Under the pieces are notes generated by a model, which had not been told where the DNA came from, searched no databases, and worked only from the letters and a program-made list of their open reading frames with translations. A DNA stretch of 64,000 bases from Myxococcota bacterium (GTDB lineage: Bacteria; Myxococcota_A; SURF-8; G963663525). The stretch is taken from contig CAXXVK010000053.1 in the NCBI GenBank assembly GCA_963676915.2, positions 1-64,000 of the forward strand, read 5' to 3'. Shown piece by piece: positions 35,606 to 44,437 of the stretch (its first letter is position 1; each line of letters begins with the position of its first letter). Position numbers and translations under genes: made by a program.

Positions 35606-37249
35606 TTAGGCATCCTCCTTCGCCGGTTCACCCTCTTCGGGTTCGTCATCGGTTTCCGGCAGTTCCTCACCTCTAAGATCCATTTCGCGCTCGAATCCGT
35701 CATCGAAGACCAGCGCGTTGCCGACGAGTTCGTGTAAACCACAGACTTTGGTTCCCGGCACCCAGTATTTCATCAGTTCCGGGAAGACCGCACGGTCGAT
35801 GGCGCAGATGCACGACAGGGTGTTAACCCCGTTGTTTTCCACCACATGCTTGACCGCGTTGGCTCGGGGGAATCCACCGCGCATACGCAGTTCCATGTCT
35901 TCCGTCGCACCCAGTCCGGCACCACTGCCGCAGCAGAACGTCTGCTCACGAATGGTGTTTTCCGGCATGTCCGTAAAGTGATTGCAGACATTGTTCAGAA
36001 TGTAACGCGGTTCATCCAACATACCCATTGCACGCGCCGGGTTGCAGGAATCGTGGAAGGTGACACGGTAATTGTCGTTGCGGCGAGGATCGAGCTTCAG
36101 CTTGTTGTTTTTGATCAAATCCGCCGTGAATTCACAGATGTGAATCATGCTGGTGGACTTGGCATGCTCGAAGCGGGTGCCGGTGATCGGCGAAACCGGA
36201 GTTTCGAGGAAGTCGGCAGGTCCGTTGTGAGTGTCCATGTACTGCTGTACGACACGCCACATGTGACCGCATTCGCCACCAAGAATCCATTTGCTGCCCA
36301 GCCGCTTCGCCTCATGATACATCTTGAAGTTGAGGCGCTTCATCATCTCGTGCGAGGTGAACAGACCGAAGTTACCGCCCTCGGAAGCGTAGGTGCTGAA
36401 CGTGTAGTCGAGATCGAGATAATCGAACAGCAGCAAATACCCCATCAGGGTATAGATTCCGGGGTCGGCGTGGAAGTCACCGGACGGGATAATGAACAGG
36501 ATTTCCGCACCCTTACGGTTGAACGGAGGATCGATCTTGCGACCGCAGAGATCCTCGATTTCTTCGAGGACATACTCCATATCGTCCATCAGGGCGTGGG
36601 GTTGCAATCCCAAGTGGTTGCCGGTCCGCTGGCAGTCCGCCACGGAGTTGAGAATCCAGTGGGCGTTGATACCCAGCAGATTGAGCAGCTCGCGACCGAT
36701 GATGGTGATTTCCGCCGTATCGATACCGTAGGGGCAGAAGACCGAACAGCGACGACACTCGGTGCATTGGAAGAAGTAGTAGAACCACTCCTTGATGACA
36801 TCGATGGTCAGTTCGCGTCCACCCACCATTTTTCCCATGATTTTGCCCGCAAGGGTAAAATCTTTGCGGTAAACGGCTCGAAGCAGTTCGGCGCGCAGCA
36901 CCGGCATGTTCTTCGGATCGCCGGACCCTAGGAAAAAGTGGCATTTATCGGCGCAAGCACCGCAACGCACGCAGATATCCATGAAGAGACGGAACGAACG
37001 ATATTTGTCCAGCCGTTCACGCATTCCTTCATAGATGATTTCTTTCCAATTATCAGGGAGTTTCCAATCCTCGTCCTGTGGCGACCACCGGCGGGGATTC
37101 GGCATTCCCAGGTACTCCATTTTTTCCGGCGCGGAAGGATTGAGATACATGCCCTCACGAATCTCGGTGGGCTTGTTCATCCAGCCATCCGCAGGCGGAT
37201 TGAAGTCGTATTGAGCCAGTTCCTCTGGTTTGGGAAGTTTTGGAGACAT
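35606..37249 (-). CDS. dsrK: DsrK, HdrD-like Fe-S catalytic subunit
   Basis: CVRCGACADKC, CTECRRCSVFCP, GECGH, HDSCN, FCCG. Confidence 0.96.
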   Translation of the reverse strand: MSPKLPKPEELAQYDFNPPADGWMNKPTEIREGMYLNPSAPEKMEYLGMPNPRRWSPQDEDWKLPDNWKEIIYEGMRERLDKYRSFRLFMDICVRCGACADKCHFFLGSGDPKNMPVLRAELLRAVYRKDFTLAGKIMGKMVGGRELTIDVIKEWFYYFFQCTECRRCSVFCPYGIDTAEITIIGRELLNLLGINAHWILNSVADCQRTGNHLGLQPHALMDDMEYVLEEIEDLCGRKIDPPFNRKGAEILFIIPSGDFHADPGIYTLMGYLLLFDYLDLDYTFSTYASEGGNFGLFTSHEMMKRLNFKMYHEAKRLGSKWILGGECGHMWRVVQQYMDTHNGPADFLETPVSPITGTRFEHAKSTSMIHICEFTADLIKNNKLKLDPRRNDNYRVTFHDSCNPARAMGMLDEPRYILNNVCNHFTDMPENTIREQTFCCGSGAGLGATEDMELRMRGGFPRANAVKHVVENNGVNTLSCICAIDRAVFPELMKYWVPGTKVCGLHELVGNALVFDDGFEREMDLRGEELPETDDEPEEGEPAKEDA

Positions 37250-37251
37250 CG

Positions 37252-38259
37252 CTACTCCTCGTTATCCAATGGAATGCCAACCTGTTTGAGCTTGTCCCCA
37301 AACTCCTCTTCCCACTCCTTGTAGGTGTGTACCTCGACCTCGGGGTTCCAGGGATTGATGTGCCTGAAAGCACGGCTGTTCGCCTGCATGTTCCGGGTGG
37401 GACTGAGGAAAACGCCGCCGAGGTGCATCAGCTTGCTGAACGGGAAATAAGCGAACAGCGCACTGACGAACAGGACGTGGATGTAAAAAATCGAGCCGAT
37501 GGACTCGGGAACCACGGGAGAGAAGGTGACAAGACCCAGGGTCAGTTCCTTGACCGCAACCAAATCCACTTTCATGAAATACCGCATGAGAACACCGCTG
37601 AAAGCGATTCCCAGGATCAGCAGGAGCGGGAAATAGTCGGCAGGCAAAGAAATGTATCGGATTTGCGGAACGACGATCCGACGCAAGAACAGGTAGCTCA
37701 CGGCGGCTACGATGATGACGTCGGAAATGAAGAGGATCGGCACGCCAATCTGGAAAAATCCGTCGAAAACCTCCATCCAATGTACGAACGCAGGAGACGG
37801 CTCCAGGAAAAAGCGCAGGTGGCGCAGGAAAATCACCAGGAACGTATAGTGAAACGCCAGACCGGCCGCCCAAAGGTATTTATTCGAGCCGTAGACCAGT
37901 TTCGGTCCGTCTTTCAGTTCGGCGCTCGTATTACGGAACAGCGAACGAAAGAACAGCACTTCCAATGCCATGCGAATCACGACATCGAACTTGCTTTGAG
38001 GGTTTTCGATTCTTTCGGGTTTGATCCAATCCAGGGATTGTTGTTGCCCGCAAGTGGTGGGAATATTAAACGGCACCGGAGTTTTCATCCAACGAACGAT
38101 TCGCCAGACGAATCCCGCCAGAAACAGCGCGATGGCCGCATAGGGAATCACCACCCCGAACAACGTATGCAAACCCGCAACTCCAGCCCCGAGGTAGCCG
38201 ATCAGCGTCAATGCGATGATAGCCACCAAGGCCGTACCCAAGGATAGGAAGGTGCTCAT
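37252..38259 (-). CDS. dsrM: DsrM, NarI-like diheme b membrane subunit
   Basis: PFNIPTTCGQQ, FFRSLFRN, FHY..RHLR, YFPFSKLMH, SPTRN. Confidence 0.96.
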   Translation of the reverse strand: MSTFLSLGTALVAIIALTLIGYLGAGVAGLHTLFGVVIPYAAIALFLAGFVWRIVRWMKTPVPFNIPTTCGQQQSLDWIKPERIENPQSKFDVVIRMALEVLFFRSLFRNTSAELKDGPKLVYGSNKYLWAAGLAFHYTFLVIFLRHLRFFLEPSPAFVHWMEVFDGFFQIGVPILFISDVIIVAAVSYLFLRRIVVPQIRYISLPADYFPLLLILGIAFSGVLMRYFMKVDLVAVKELTLGLVTFSPVVPESIGSIFYIHVLFVSALFAYFPFSKLMHLGGVFLSPTRNMQANSRAFRHINPWNPEVEVHTYKEWEEEFGDKLKQVGIPLDNEE

Positions 38260-38831
38260 TTGCCTTCACCTCGATTCAGGTTGCTTGAGCTAGTGGTTTC
38301 AGGACTTTTTCCAAAACGTTTGCGACGTTCGGCGGAAAGTTTTTCCGCCTTCTCCAGCATCTGCTGGCTCTCTTGTATCGCATGACCCTGTTTCAACTGG
38401 GCCACTTCATCGCGGCATTGACAGTATACATCGAAACAAAACAATGCCACGGTGTCGATTTTGGATTCGAACTCTAAGAGATCCCGAAGAACGGTTTGGT
38501 CGGGTTTCGACTTGAAAAGCTGTTCCCTGATCGCGGTTTTCAATAGGAAAACGAAAACCGTAGCCTGGGAAGCTTTGAGTTGCTGAACGGCACGGATACG
38601 AACGACATCATCGAGAATCCGCATGAATTCCTCGACATCGGCATCCTCGATCAGGGCATTGAGCAAATCTCCCACGGCACGATAGGTCGTCTGTCCCACC
38701 GGATTGGCGAAAGGATTCTTCACGTTCAGAAGAAATTTCGCCGTTTCTTCCGGGTAGCAGCCAGCTATCTTCTCAAACCATTTTTTTAGAATGATTTTTT
38801 TGTTATCGGAGAGAAATTGGACCAACGCCAT
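38256..38831 (-). CDS. dsrT: DsrT (RsbRD N-terminal domain)
   Basis: PFANPVG and RIRAVQ motifs; overlaps the dsrM start. Confidence 0.9.
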   Translation of the reverse strand: MALVQFLSDNKKIILKKWFEKIAGCYPEETAKFLLNVKNPFANPVGQTTYRAVGDLLNALIEDADVEEFMRILDDVVRIRAVQQLKASQATVFVFLLKTAIREQLFKSKPDQTVLRDLLEFESKIDTVALFCFDVYCQCRDEVAQLKQGHAIQESQQMLEKAEKLSAERRKRFGKSPETTSSSNLNRGEGK

Positions 38832-38933
38832 AATCGAAGCTCCTCAGCGTCGAAAACAACTCGAACAACACGTTCAAATCGGAAAAACGTTCCCCGCGTA
38901 TAGCGAGGAACGCTCATCCGATCGATTTCGGAA

Positions 38934-39251
38934 TCAGACGCAGCCGGTCGGCTTGGGGAGACCCGCGAGTTTGCAGGCGCCCTTGGCCGGTCCACTGGGG
39001 AACAGCGCGTAGATTTCTTTGAGTTTGAAGCCGGACTGCTTGCTCATTTTCCGGATCATCGGAGCCGTGCCGTACTCTTTGAAGTACTCACGAAGATAGT
39101 TCATGATTTTCCAGTGATCTTCACCCAGATCATCAATGCCTTCGGTTTTGGCCAGGGCAGTGGCGATTTCGGGAGTCCAATCTTCGGGATTGACAATGAA
39201 ACCATCCTCATCCACTTCGACACTTACTCCACCTTCTTCGAACATAGGCAT
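38934..39251 (-). CDS. dsrC: DsrC sulfur-carrier protein with both C-terminal cysteines
   Basis: VDEDGF...HWKIMNYLR...LFPSGPAKGACKLAGLPKPTGCV; AGGA RBS before ATG 39251. Confidence 0.96.
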   Translation of the reverse strand: MPMFEEGGVSVEVDEDGFIVNPEDWTPEIATALAKTEGIDDLGEDHWKIMNYLREYFKEYGTAPMIRKMSKQSGFKLKEIYALFPSGPAKGACKLAGLPKPTGCV

Positions 39252-39326
39252 GAGATTTCCTCCTGTTAGAGATGAACCCAAGTATTCGCCGGTCATTCGG
39301 GAACCGGCAACCAAAAAAGTGCTCTT

Positions 39327-39887
39327 CTATGCTTCCAGTAACGGATCCATTTGCGCCTTGAAGGCAGGATCCGGTTCGAATCCGTATTCCAACGCTTTGA
39401 GATAATGCTGTTTGGCGTTTTCCTTCTCTTCGGTTTCCAAATAGCCGACCGCCAGGCAATAATGTGCCTGTGCGAATTCAGGAACGTTTTCTACGACTTT
39501 TTTACATGTGTCAATACTTTTTTGAATCTCGCCCATCATCAGATGAGCCAACCCGACGTTGGCGAGGGCGACGAAATTCTGGTCGCTAAGCCGGTAAGCC
39601 TCGCTATTGTAGTGCAAACAGGCTTCCCAATCGCCCATCGCGAAATACAATCCACCCAGATTGATATAGGCTTCCGCGAAATCGGGATTCAAAGCAATGG
39701 TCTTCTTGAATTCCAACTCGGCCTGCTCGAACATGTTGGTTTCCGCATACGCAATCGCTAGATTGAAATGCGTTTCCACCGAATCGGGGAAGAACTTCAA
39801 ATATTGCAGATACCGATCGATCGCAGCCTCGTTGAATTGCTCGGGAGGTACGGCTTCCGGTTTTGGTTTTTTCGTGTCGTTTGCCAT
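39327..39887 (-). CDS. TPR protein inside the dsr cluster
   Basis: Four TPR-like units (HFNLAIAY, YINLGGLY, ANVGLAH, HYCLAVGY). Confidence 0.85.
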   Translation of the reverse strand: MANDTKKPKPEAVPPEQFNEAAIDRYLQYLKFFPDSVETHFNLAIAYAETNMFEQAELEFKKTIALNPDFAEAYINLGGLYFAMGDWEACLHYNSEAYRLSDQNFVALANVGLAHLMMGEIQKSIDTCKKVVENVPEFAQAHYCLAVGYLETEEKENAKQHYLKALEYGFEPDPAFKAQMDPLLEA

Positions 39888-39893
39888 AAGTAC

Positions 39894-41375
39894 TTATCCT
39901 TGAGTCGAAGTCGTTTCCGTTGAAATACTGCATCCGGGACAACCGGAGGCTCCGCAACGTGGCGCTCCCGCTCGGATTGAACGGTCACCGCGTCGATAGT
40001 CACGAGCGGCGTTGACCATCCCCGTCGCCCATTTCGGAGTTGCCAGAGCGTGAAGATGAGTATAGGAGGCCAAAACGTTGCCCATAATCACTCCCTCGCG
40101 CCGGTCAGCCACTCCGGCTCCACGCCGAACATGAAAAACCGTGCGTCCCACGGGAGTTTTGGGTTCATCTATTTTTGAATAATGAAATTCGTGTCCGAAA
40201 ATCGTGTCGCCAGGCTCGAAAAACGGATTTTCCAGTGTCGTTTCGAGTTCGCTATACCCATGACCTTCGGGCTTTTTGCCGATCACGATTTCATAAGGAA
40301 AAACGCCGCACATCGGGTAGTTTTCTCCCTGCCAGTTCACAGACCGGCAAAGATACATCAAACCACCGCACTCGGCGTATATCGGCAAACCGTCACGCGA
40401 TGCTTCCAGGATATTCTCCCGTAGCGACGCATTGGCCGAAAGCATGGAGGCGTGGGTTTCGGGAAATCCGCCCCCGATATACAAAGCATGAAGAGGCTCG
40501 GGCAATTGAGAATCGGAAAGCGAATCGATTTCCGTCAGTTCCGCCCCTTGATCTCGTAGCGCCTGAAGATTGTCGGGATAGTAAAAATTGAAAGCCCCAT
40601 CCCGTACAACACCGATTCTCGGACCGTTCGCGTTCAATTCGTCCGTGTGTTGTATCGGCTCGAAATCCACGGGACGGGTCAATGCTTCGGCACGTTCTAG
40701 AATGGCGGACACATCGAGATAGTTCGAAACCGTTTCAGCGGCGAACCGTCGAACTTCCACCGCATCGTCGGACTCATGCACGGGAACGAGTCCCAGGTGC
40801 CTGCCGGGAACGAAGCGGGAGTTTTTCAGCTTTGGAATACATCCCAATACGGGAACCTTGCAGATGGATTCAATCGCTTCCGTGGCAACGGCCTGATGCC
40901 GTTTCCCCGCTACGCGGTTCAGTACCACACCGGCAAGGCGAAGTTCTGGATCGAGTGTCTGACAGCCTAGAACCAAGGCTGCAAGCGTTCGCGTGGATTT
41001 GGTCGCATCCACCACCAGCAGCACCGGAGCGCCGAGAAGATTTGCCAATACCGCCGTGGAATGGGTACCTTGGGCGTTCATGCCATCGTGAAGACCACGA
41101 TTGCCTTCCACAAGGGAAAAATCTCCGCCCAAGCTGTTGCTGCCGAAAGAAGAAAGGCAGCGTTCGTTACCGAAAAGATGGGAATCGAGGTTGAAACAGT
41201 CGGTTTTCGCGGCAAAAGACAACCAGGCCGCGTCGATATAATCCGGACCCTTTTTAAACGGTCGTACGTCGGTGCCGCTTTCGCGCAACGTCGCCGTCAA
41301 ACCGAGGGCTACCAGCGTCTTCCCGCTATCGCCACTCAGCCCGGCAACCACCAACCTCGGACTGTTCAACTTCAT
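39894..41375 (-). CDS. dsrN: DsrN, cobyrinate a,c-diamide synthase homolog (siroheme amidase)
   Basis: SGDSGKT, FKKGPDYID, EGNRGLHDG, YAECGGLMYL, GHEFHYS, SYTHLH; located directly after dsrB. Confidence 0.9.
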   Translation of the reverse strand: MKLNSPRLVVAGLSGDSGKTLVALGLTATLRESGTDVRPFKKGPDYIDAAWLSFAAKTDCFNLDSHLFGNERCLSSFGSNSLGGDFSLVEGNRGLHDGMNAQGTHSTAVLANLLGAPVLLVVDATKSTRTLAALVLGCQTLDPELRLAGVVLNRVAGKRHQAVATEAIESICKVPVLGCIPKLKNSRFVPGRHLGLVPVHESDDAVEVRRFAAETVSNYLDVSAILERAEALTRPVDFEPIQHTDELNANGPRIGVVRDGAFNFYYPDNLQALRDQGAELTEIDSLSDSQLPEPLHALYIGGGFPETHASMLSANASLRENILEASRDGLPIYAECGGLMYLCRSVNWQGENYPMCGVFPYEIVIGKKPEGHGYSELETTLENPFFEPGDTIFGHEFHYSKIDEPKTPVGRTVFHVRRGAGVADRREGVIMGNVLASYTHLHALATPKWATGMVNAARDYRRGDRSIRAGAPRCGASGCPGCSISTETTSTQG

Positions 41376-41418
41376 CACTTGGAATATTCACCGGTTTAGT
41401 CGGTCGTCAACAAAACAA

Positions 41419-41450
41419 CCCCCACGGTCCGCCGAAACAGACCGTGGGGG
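41419..41450 (-). terminator. Stable hairpin between dsrB and dsrN
   Basis: CCCCCACGGTC-N10-GACCGTGGGGG followed by TTGTTTTG on the minus strand. Confidence 0.65.
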
Positions 41451-41483
41451 AAAAGCATCAGAGCTTGTTACCGTAACCCCGAA

Positions 41484-42542
41484 TTAGAACTTGAACTGCG
41501 TCGTAGCACGATGCGTCGTGGGGGCGTAGGTATAATCGTCAATGTGCTTGTCGGTGAATTCGAAACCGGTCAGCTGGAAGAATTTCTCCCAACCAATGCG
41601 GTTGATCCATTCACCCATGCGCTCGTGCTTGCGTGCGCCAGCGGCGTACACTTCGACGATCTTCTTGATGGCGTTGACCGTTTCGGGCCAGCGCGGCGGG
41701 TTGTTGGGAATGAAGGGAATGGCCAGCTTCGAGAAAGCGGGGCCACTGCGAGCGTTGGAAACTTTGCCACCAACCCAAATGGAAATTCCGTCGTACTTGG
41801 CGTTGAGAATTTTCACGCCGGGGCACATCGTGTAGCAGTTACCGCAGTACATGCAGCGTTCGCCATTGACGGTGACGGTTTTTTTCTTGGGATTGGGTTT
41901 GATCGCGTAGGTCGGGCAGGCTGCGACGAGAGTCGGAATTTCGCAGGCTTTGCGAGTTTCGTCCTCGTTGACCACCGGCGGAACGCGGTGGACACCCAAA
42001 ATGGCGATGTCCGAGCAGTGCACGGCGCCGCACATATTCAGGCAGCAGGCCAACGCGATGCGAACGCGGGCCGGAAGTTTCATTTCGACGAAGTATTCAT
42101 ACAGTTCGTCCATGACGGCTTTGACAACGCCGGAAGCGTCGGTTGCCGGGGTGTGGCAGTGCACCCAACCCTGGGTATGGACGATGCTGGTGATCGAGGG
42201 GCCCATACCGCCCACGGGCAGTCCTTCGGCCTTCAATTCATCCAACAGAGGCTGTACTTTGCTCTCGTCACTGAGCAGATACTCGACGTTATGGCGGCTG
42301 GTGAAGCGCAGGTAACCGTCGCAGTATTTGTCGGCACGCTTGCAGACATCGCGGATAGCTTCGGTCGAGAGAAGACGACCGGAACCCTGGCGGACCGTCC
42401 ACAGCTTGGCGCCGGTTTCGGACACGTGAACCATGACGCCCGGTTTCAGGATTTCATGGTATTTCCATTTCCCGTAGTTTTCTTTAATGATCGGGGGAAG
42501 GAAATTCCTAAAATCTGGAGGTCCAATATCAGTAGGGGACAT
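41484..42542 (-). CDS. dsrB: Dissimilatory sulfite reductase beta subunit
   Basis: [66 protein letters not shown]. Confidence 0.98.
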   Translation of the reverse strand: MSPTDIGPPDFRNFLPPIIKENYGKWKYHEILKPGVMVHVSETGAKLWTVRQGSGRLLSTEAIRDVCKRADKYCDGYLRFTSRHNVEYLLSDESKVQPLLDELKAEGLPVGGMGPSITSIVHTQGWVHCHTPATDASGVVKAVMDELYEYFVEMKLPARVRIALACCLNMCGAVHCSDIAILGVHRVPPVVNEDETRKACEIPTLVAACPTYAIKPNPKKKTVTVNGERCMYCGNCYTMCPGVKILNAKYDGISIWVGGKVSNARSGPAFSKLAIPFIPNNPPRWPETVNAIKKIVEVYAAGARKHERMGEWINRIGWEKFFQLTGFEFTDKHIDDYTYAPTTHRATTQFKF

Positions 42543-42607
42543 TTGTATTACTCCTTTTGGCAGTTATAAATCGGCTCTTTCTCTGTACCCGAAGAAAACT
42601 TCGGATC

Positions 42608-43807
42608 TCAGTCTTCCGCTGTTTCTTTGACCTCTTCCTGATCCCAGAAGAAATACGGGTTTTCACGCGGATGGGCGACCATCTGCGGGATGGGCTCGAC
42701 ATCAAGGGCTTTGATGAAGGCCGGCATACCCAAGCGGTTGATCAACTCACCCAGACGTTCGCGGTTTTTGCCGTTTTCATCCCACCAGTCCCAGATTTCC
42801 TCGACGAGTTCTTTGAATTCGTCGTACGGCGGCTCCATTTTCATGAAGGGCACCAGCACGTGGGACAGCAGCGCACCATGAACGATCGGAGCTTTGGCGC
42901 CGACGAGAATCGTCGCACCTTTGTCCACACCGGGGCGCAGGGCTTTGGGCATCATCGAAATGCAATGCATGCAACGTGTGCAATCTTCGTTTTCGATGGT
43001 CAGTTTTTTGTTGTCTTTGTCGTAGCGGACGCAACGAGCGGGGCAGAGCATCACGACTTCTTCCATGATGTCCAGACCGGCTTCATCGTACTTGGCCACT
43101 TCGGCGTCGTCGATGCGGATTTCGTCACGCCAGGTTCCGATTACCGAGCAGTCGGCGCGGGCGATGGCGGCCACGCAGTCGTTCGGGCAACCGGAGATTT
43201 TGATTTTGCTCTTGTACGGCCACATCGGGCGGTGCAGTTCGTCCTGATACGTGTGGGTCAGATCGTGGCACAGGCCCATGGTGTCGATGCAGGACCATTC
43301 GCAACGCGCTTCACCGCAGCAGCAGCTCGGAGTACGCAGAGCGGAACCGGAGCCACCCAAGTCCCAACCTTTTTCCGACAGTTCGTCGAAGCAGGGTTGC
43401 AGGTTTTCGGTGACGGTGCCGAGCAGAATGATGTCGCCGGTGGAACCGTGCATGTTGGTCAGTCCGCTGCCCCATTTATCCCAAAGGTCGCAGAGTTCAC
43501 GCAACGCTTCGGTCGAGTAGAACCAACCGGAGGGATGGTTGACGCGCATGGTATGGAAGTGCGCGATTTCCGGAACCTCTTCGGGAATGTCGGTATAGCG
43601 GCCGATAACGCCTCCGCCATATCCGGTAACGCCGACGATACCGCCGTGTTTCCAGTGACCGACATTGTCTTCATAGGACCGCTCAAGCTGCTTCAGCAGC
43701 GCCTTGGCCATCGGGCTTTTCTCACCGGCGCGTTTAATGTCGGTAATAAAGCTTGGCCATGGTCCCTTTTCGAGTTCCTCGATCAAGGGATACTGGGTGT
43801 CTGCCAT
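42608..43807 (-). CDS. dsrA: Dissimilatory sulfite reductase alpha subunit
   Basis: [39 protein letters not shown]-x5-C...GCPNDC siroheme/Fe-S motif, CTRCMHCI; AGGA RBS before ATG 43807. Confidence 0.98.
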   Translation of the reverse strand: MADTQYPLIEELEKGPWPSFITDIKRAGEKSPMAKALLKQLERSYEDNVGHWKHGGIVGVTGYGGGVIGRYTDIPEEVPEIAHFHTMRVNHPSGWFYSTEALRELCDLWDKWGSGLTNMHGSTGDIILLGTVTENLQPCFDELSEKGWDLGGSGSALRTPSCCCGEARCEWSCIDTMGLCHDLTHTYQDELHRPMWPYKSKIKISGCPNDCVAAIARADCSVIGTWRDEIRIDDAEVAKYDEAGLDIMEEVVMLCPARCVRYDKDNKKLTIENEDCTRCMHCISMMPKALRPGVDKGATILVGAKAPIVHGALLSHVLVPFMKMEPPYDEFKELVEEIWDWWDENGKNRERLGELINRLGMPAFIKALDVEPIPQMVAHPRENPYFFWDQEEVKETAED

Positions 43808-44028
43808 GTTATTTCCTTTCTGTGTAAAAAAGTTAGGAAACACCGTGTCTCAATACGAAAAAACACCTGAACGGCCTGAAATCACTTCATCAAAGCCACC
43901 AGGCAACATAGATCGTGCAGTCGCGGTCGGTTGGGTTCTTTGTTTAAATAGGCCCGGAATCCTTGCATGGCAAGGTTCGTCGAAAACAAACCACTTCCGA
44001 AATCCAAACGTACTCACCGACTCAGAAT

Positions 44029-44085
44029 ATGAATGAACTCTCATTCATGGGCGATTTATTTACCTATTTCATGTCTTTTTGTCAA
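44029..44085 (-). promoter_or_regulatory. Candidate dsr promoter (-35 TTGACA) with perfect 8-4-8 operator palindrome
   Basis: TTGACA at 44085-44080, weak -10 (TAAATA) 17 nt later, and ATGAATGA-ACTC-TCATTCAT at 44029-44048. Confidence 0.6.
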
Positions 44086-44437
44086 GCAAACAGCCAAACA
44101 TTTTTCCCGCACGGAGAGTTCAAAGTAGCTGGAATTATTAAGGTAACCTAACTAATAAAGCAATAAGTCTCGATTCACCTGTGTTTCCAATCGGATTAAA
44201 CATTCCTAACTTTGAATGGCAGCCTTTGAAGTTATATTTTCCGCCCTAAAAGTTGTTCGGCATACCATAACTTCGAAAGGACCACGAACCCGCCCTGCCC
44301 GTGGCAAATGAACAGTTGTAAATCGAAAAAGATGTCTTGTAGTTTCTTTTTGGGTCTTTTTCAAGAAACCGAAGCACGTAAATCGATCCGTCAACCAGGA
44401 AAGGAAAACCTCACACCTTTTCTGTCAATTTCCGATT

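Noticed and set aside
39370-39390. GGTTCGAATCC tRNA T-loop-like motif
   Set aside because: Lies inside the TPR coding sequence, with no cloverleaf around it.
33326-43870. Long plus-strand ORFs opposite the dsr genes (e.g. 41511-42569, 42557-43870, 37240-38247)
   Set aside because: Same codon-bias shadow effect; they mirror the real genes' boundaries.
43850-44044. Small ORF upstream of dsrA as a divergent dsrD
   Set aside because: No resemblance to the Lys-rich winged-helix DsrD pattern, no RBS, and it overlaps the operator palindrome.
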